From the NCBI GenBank assembly GCA_012295275.1, contig CM022677.1, forward strand, positions 19,158,001 to 19,222,000: 64,000 nt of DNA, given 5' to 3'. The notes under the pieces were generated by a model. That model searched no databases, was not told the DNA's origin, and worked only from the letters and a program-made list of their open reading frames with translations. This document shows positions 61,838-64,000 of the stretch, piece after piece (the first letter of the stretch is position 1; every line of letters starts with the position of its first letter). A program made the position numbers and the translations under genes. This DNA is from Chrysomallon squamiferum (lineage: Eukaryota; Animalia; Mollusca).

Positions 61838-64000
61838 TTATGGACATTTTCTCAGAAAACATCGCCGATGATCTTTCTCTGTAACAATGCCATAACAAGG
61901 TTGTCTAGGGGTTGCCTGACTCTTAGGACAGCCCTTAGTACGAGTTCGTAATCGCCTGCCTCTTCCACAAGTTCTGCTGCATTGACTGAACCTGGACCAG
62001 GGTCCCCATTCTGCAACAACAGAGGGCAGTACAGTTAGTGGTATTTACCACTAAGTTAAATCCCACAACAGATTATTATTGTTGTCATTGTTGTAGTAGT
62101 TGTTGTTATGTTATTATTATCATCATAATTGTCATCACCATCATCAACATTTATTTATCTATTTATTTACTTGTTGTTTTGTTTATGTTTTGTTTTGTTT
62201 TGTTTTGTTTTATTATTTGTGTATGGTTTGTTTAGTATGACTCATAGTCTATAAGAACATAATAAATTCTTATTTGTATTTGTTCATATTTTTCTTAATC
62301 CCTGACATCTTATGTCAGAATGAAAACACTGAGATTATTGTTTGTATGGTTTGAAAATAAAATGCATTAATAACACATATACCTGATGGACTGCAAGGTC
62401 TGATCATGCACGTCTTGTGATCTTCCTCTGTATCCATGCCTTTGCAGGGAATTGTAGGATTTGACTGACTCGCCGAACAGCCTTTCATACGAATTCTCAT
62501 TTTTGTACCTCGTCCACAAGTTTTGCTGCATCGGCCGAACATTCCCCACGGTCCCCATCCTGTAAAACAGTATGTCATAATTTATACTTTAATAAGAGCC
62601 TAGTAGACTAATGGTTTTCTTTTTCACAAACTGCATACCACCTTAAACAACCATGAAGATAGAAATTCTGTCTCAAATTAGTTTGAGTTGGATACTTACC
62701 GTAAGATAAATTCATTGACGTGAACGTGTGTGTGTGTGTATCTGTGTGTCTGTTTGTGCCTGTGTGTGTGTGGAGAGAGAGAGAGAGAGAGAGAGAGTTG
62801 TAACAGTTTAGTGAGTTTCTCAGTTCTTTAAATATCAAAATAGTTACTTGATAGACTGAAACAATGATTTAACTTTATTTTATGCAGAAGCTTTTTCTAC
62901 ATCAGATTGTAATTATTCAAGCGAGTTTGCTGGTTCTATTATTTTTTATGTTCTGATACCGTTGACTATTTTACCCGAGCTACATAATTAAATAGTTTGT
63001 AGTTACTCTTATAAACCTCTGTTCCATTGCAAGTCTGAGGAATAAGAACAACAGTATGACAGTTTGTGTTATCTGGAAAAAAAAAACAATAATAAAAAAA
63101 AAATTAAAAGTAATAATGTTTTTTTTAGGAGAAATGACGATAGCGTCTATTACCTACCTTTACAAGGACGATTAACACATGGCTGGTGATCCTCCTGTGT
63201 AACAATGCCATAGCAGCTTCTTTTAAGAGTAGCTTTATCAACTGGACATCCCTTCTGACGTGTTCTTGTTCTGTGGCCATTTCCACATGTTACATTGCAT
63301 TCACCAAATGTGGACCATTCTCCCCACCCTGAAGCTGTGAATAGTATAATTTGTGTATGCTAGAGTTACCAATGAGATATCAAAAATATATTTATAACAA
63401 AAAATGGTTTGTAAAATTGTAGTTTTTATTAATATTTGCTTCTGGTGATCTGGAAAGTGATGTATAAAATAATTTTTCTACTAATGTCTCTTTATTTTGG
63501 TACTACTTTTCATTATTTTTTTTTCCTCCCTATTTTTATCTAAGAAAACAAAATACACCAAAGTTAGTTTGCCCCAAGAATTAGCTTTTCAAGATGGGGA
63601 AAATTTATCATAATGAAACCATTTCTTAGGCACTGAAACAATTCACCTTTATATTTTTTCCAATAGTTATGAATGACTACAAGTAATATAACATTTGCTG
63701 TAAATTAATGTATAGTAAAATAACCACAATTACTCACTGGATGTGTGTGCACTTATTTGTTTGTGATTTCATTTAAAAGTTTTCTTAATCATATTAACAT
63801 ATCTGGACACTGTTGTGTGTTGCACTTGAAATGCTGAATATTGGTTGTTGGTTTTCCACAGAATGGCTGTGGGGTATAGCAGTAACTGGATGTGTGTGTA
63901 CCTATTTGTTTGTTTGTGATTTCATTTAAATGTTTTCTTAATCATATTAACATACCTGAACACTTTTGTGTGTTGCACTTGAAATGCTGAATATCGGTTA
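61838..64000 (-). CDS. Thrombospondin type-1 (TSR) repeat protein, 3' exons (5' end beyond right edge)
   Basis: Phase-1 exons >64000-63956 (..QHFKCNTQKCS), 63328-63158 (WGEWSTFGECNVTCGNGHRTRTRQKGC..), 62559-62383 (WGPWGMFGRCSKTCGRGTKMRIR..), 62010-61838 (WGPWSRFSQCSRTCGRGRRLRTRTKGC..CFLRKCP*). One TSR per exon. Confidence 0.9.

Overview
AT-rich, microsatellite-dense eukaryotic (animal) genomic DNA with spliceosomal GT-AG introns. The repeat landscape suggests an invertebrate, possibly a cephalopod mollusc (inference only). Almost all long ORFs in the supplied track are simple-repeat artefacts. Gene models assembled by hand, left to right: (1) exon 1 of an SLC22/organic-cation-transporter-like gene on the - strand running off the left edge; (2) its head-to-head paralog on the + strand, complete (10 exons, 571 aa); (3) POC5 centriolar protein (-, ~575 aa, with several apparent lesions that may be assembly errors); (4) an orphan 120-aa gene with an N-terminal hydrophobic segment, a CxxxC-x8-CxxxC motif and an Asp/Glu/Tyr-rich tail (-); (5) VPS72/YL1 (-); (6) a + strand ATG-only first exon at a probable bidirectional promoter; (7) a candidate 3-exon secreted micropeptide gene (-); (8) the 3' end of a thrombospondin type-1 repeat gene (-). 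Also present: a hAT transposase relic, several MITEs, a decayed duplicate of an SLC22 exon, and a recurrent pattern in which exon ends plus their splice sites are tandemly amplified into adjacent introns. No CRISPR, rRNA or tRNA is supported. Comparisons with human proteins are from memory, not database searches.
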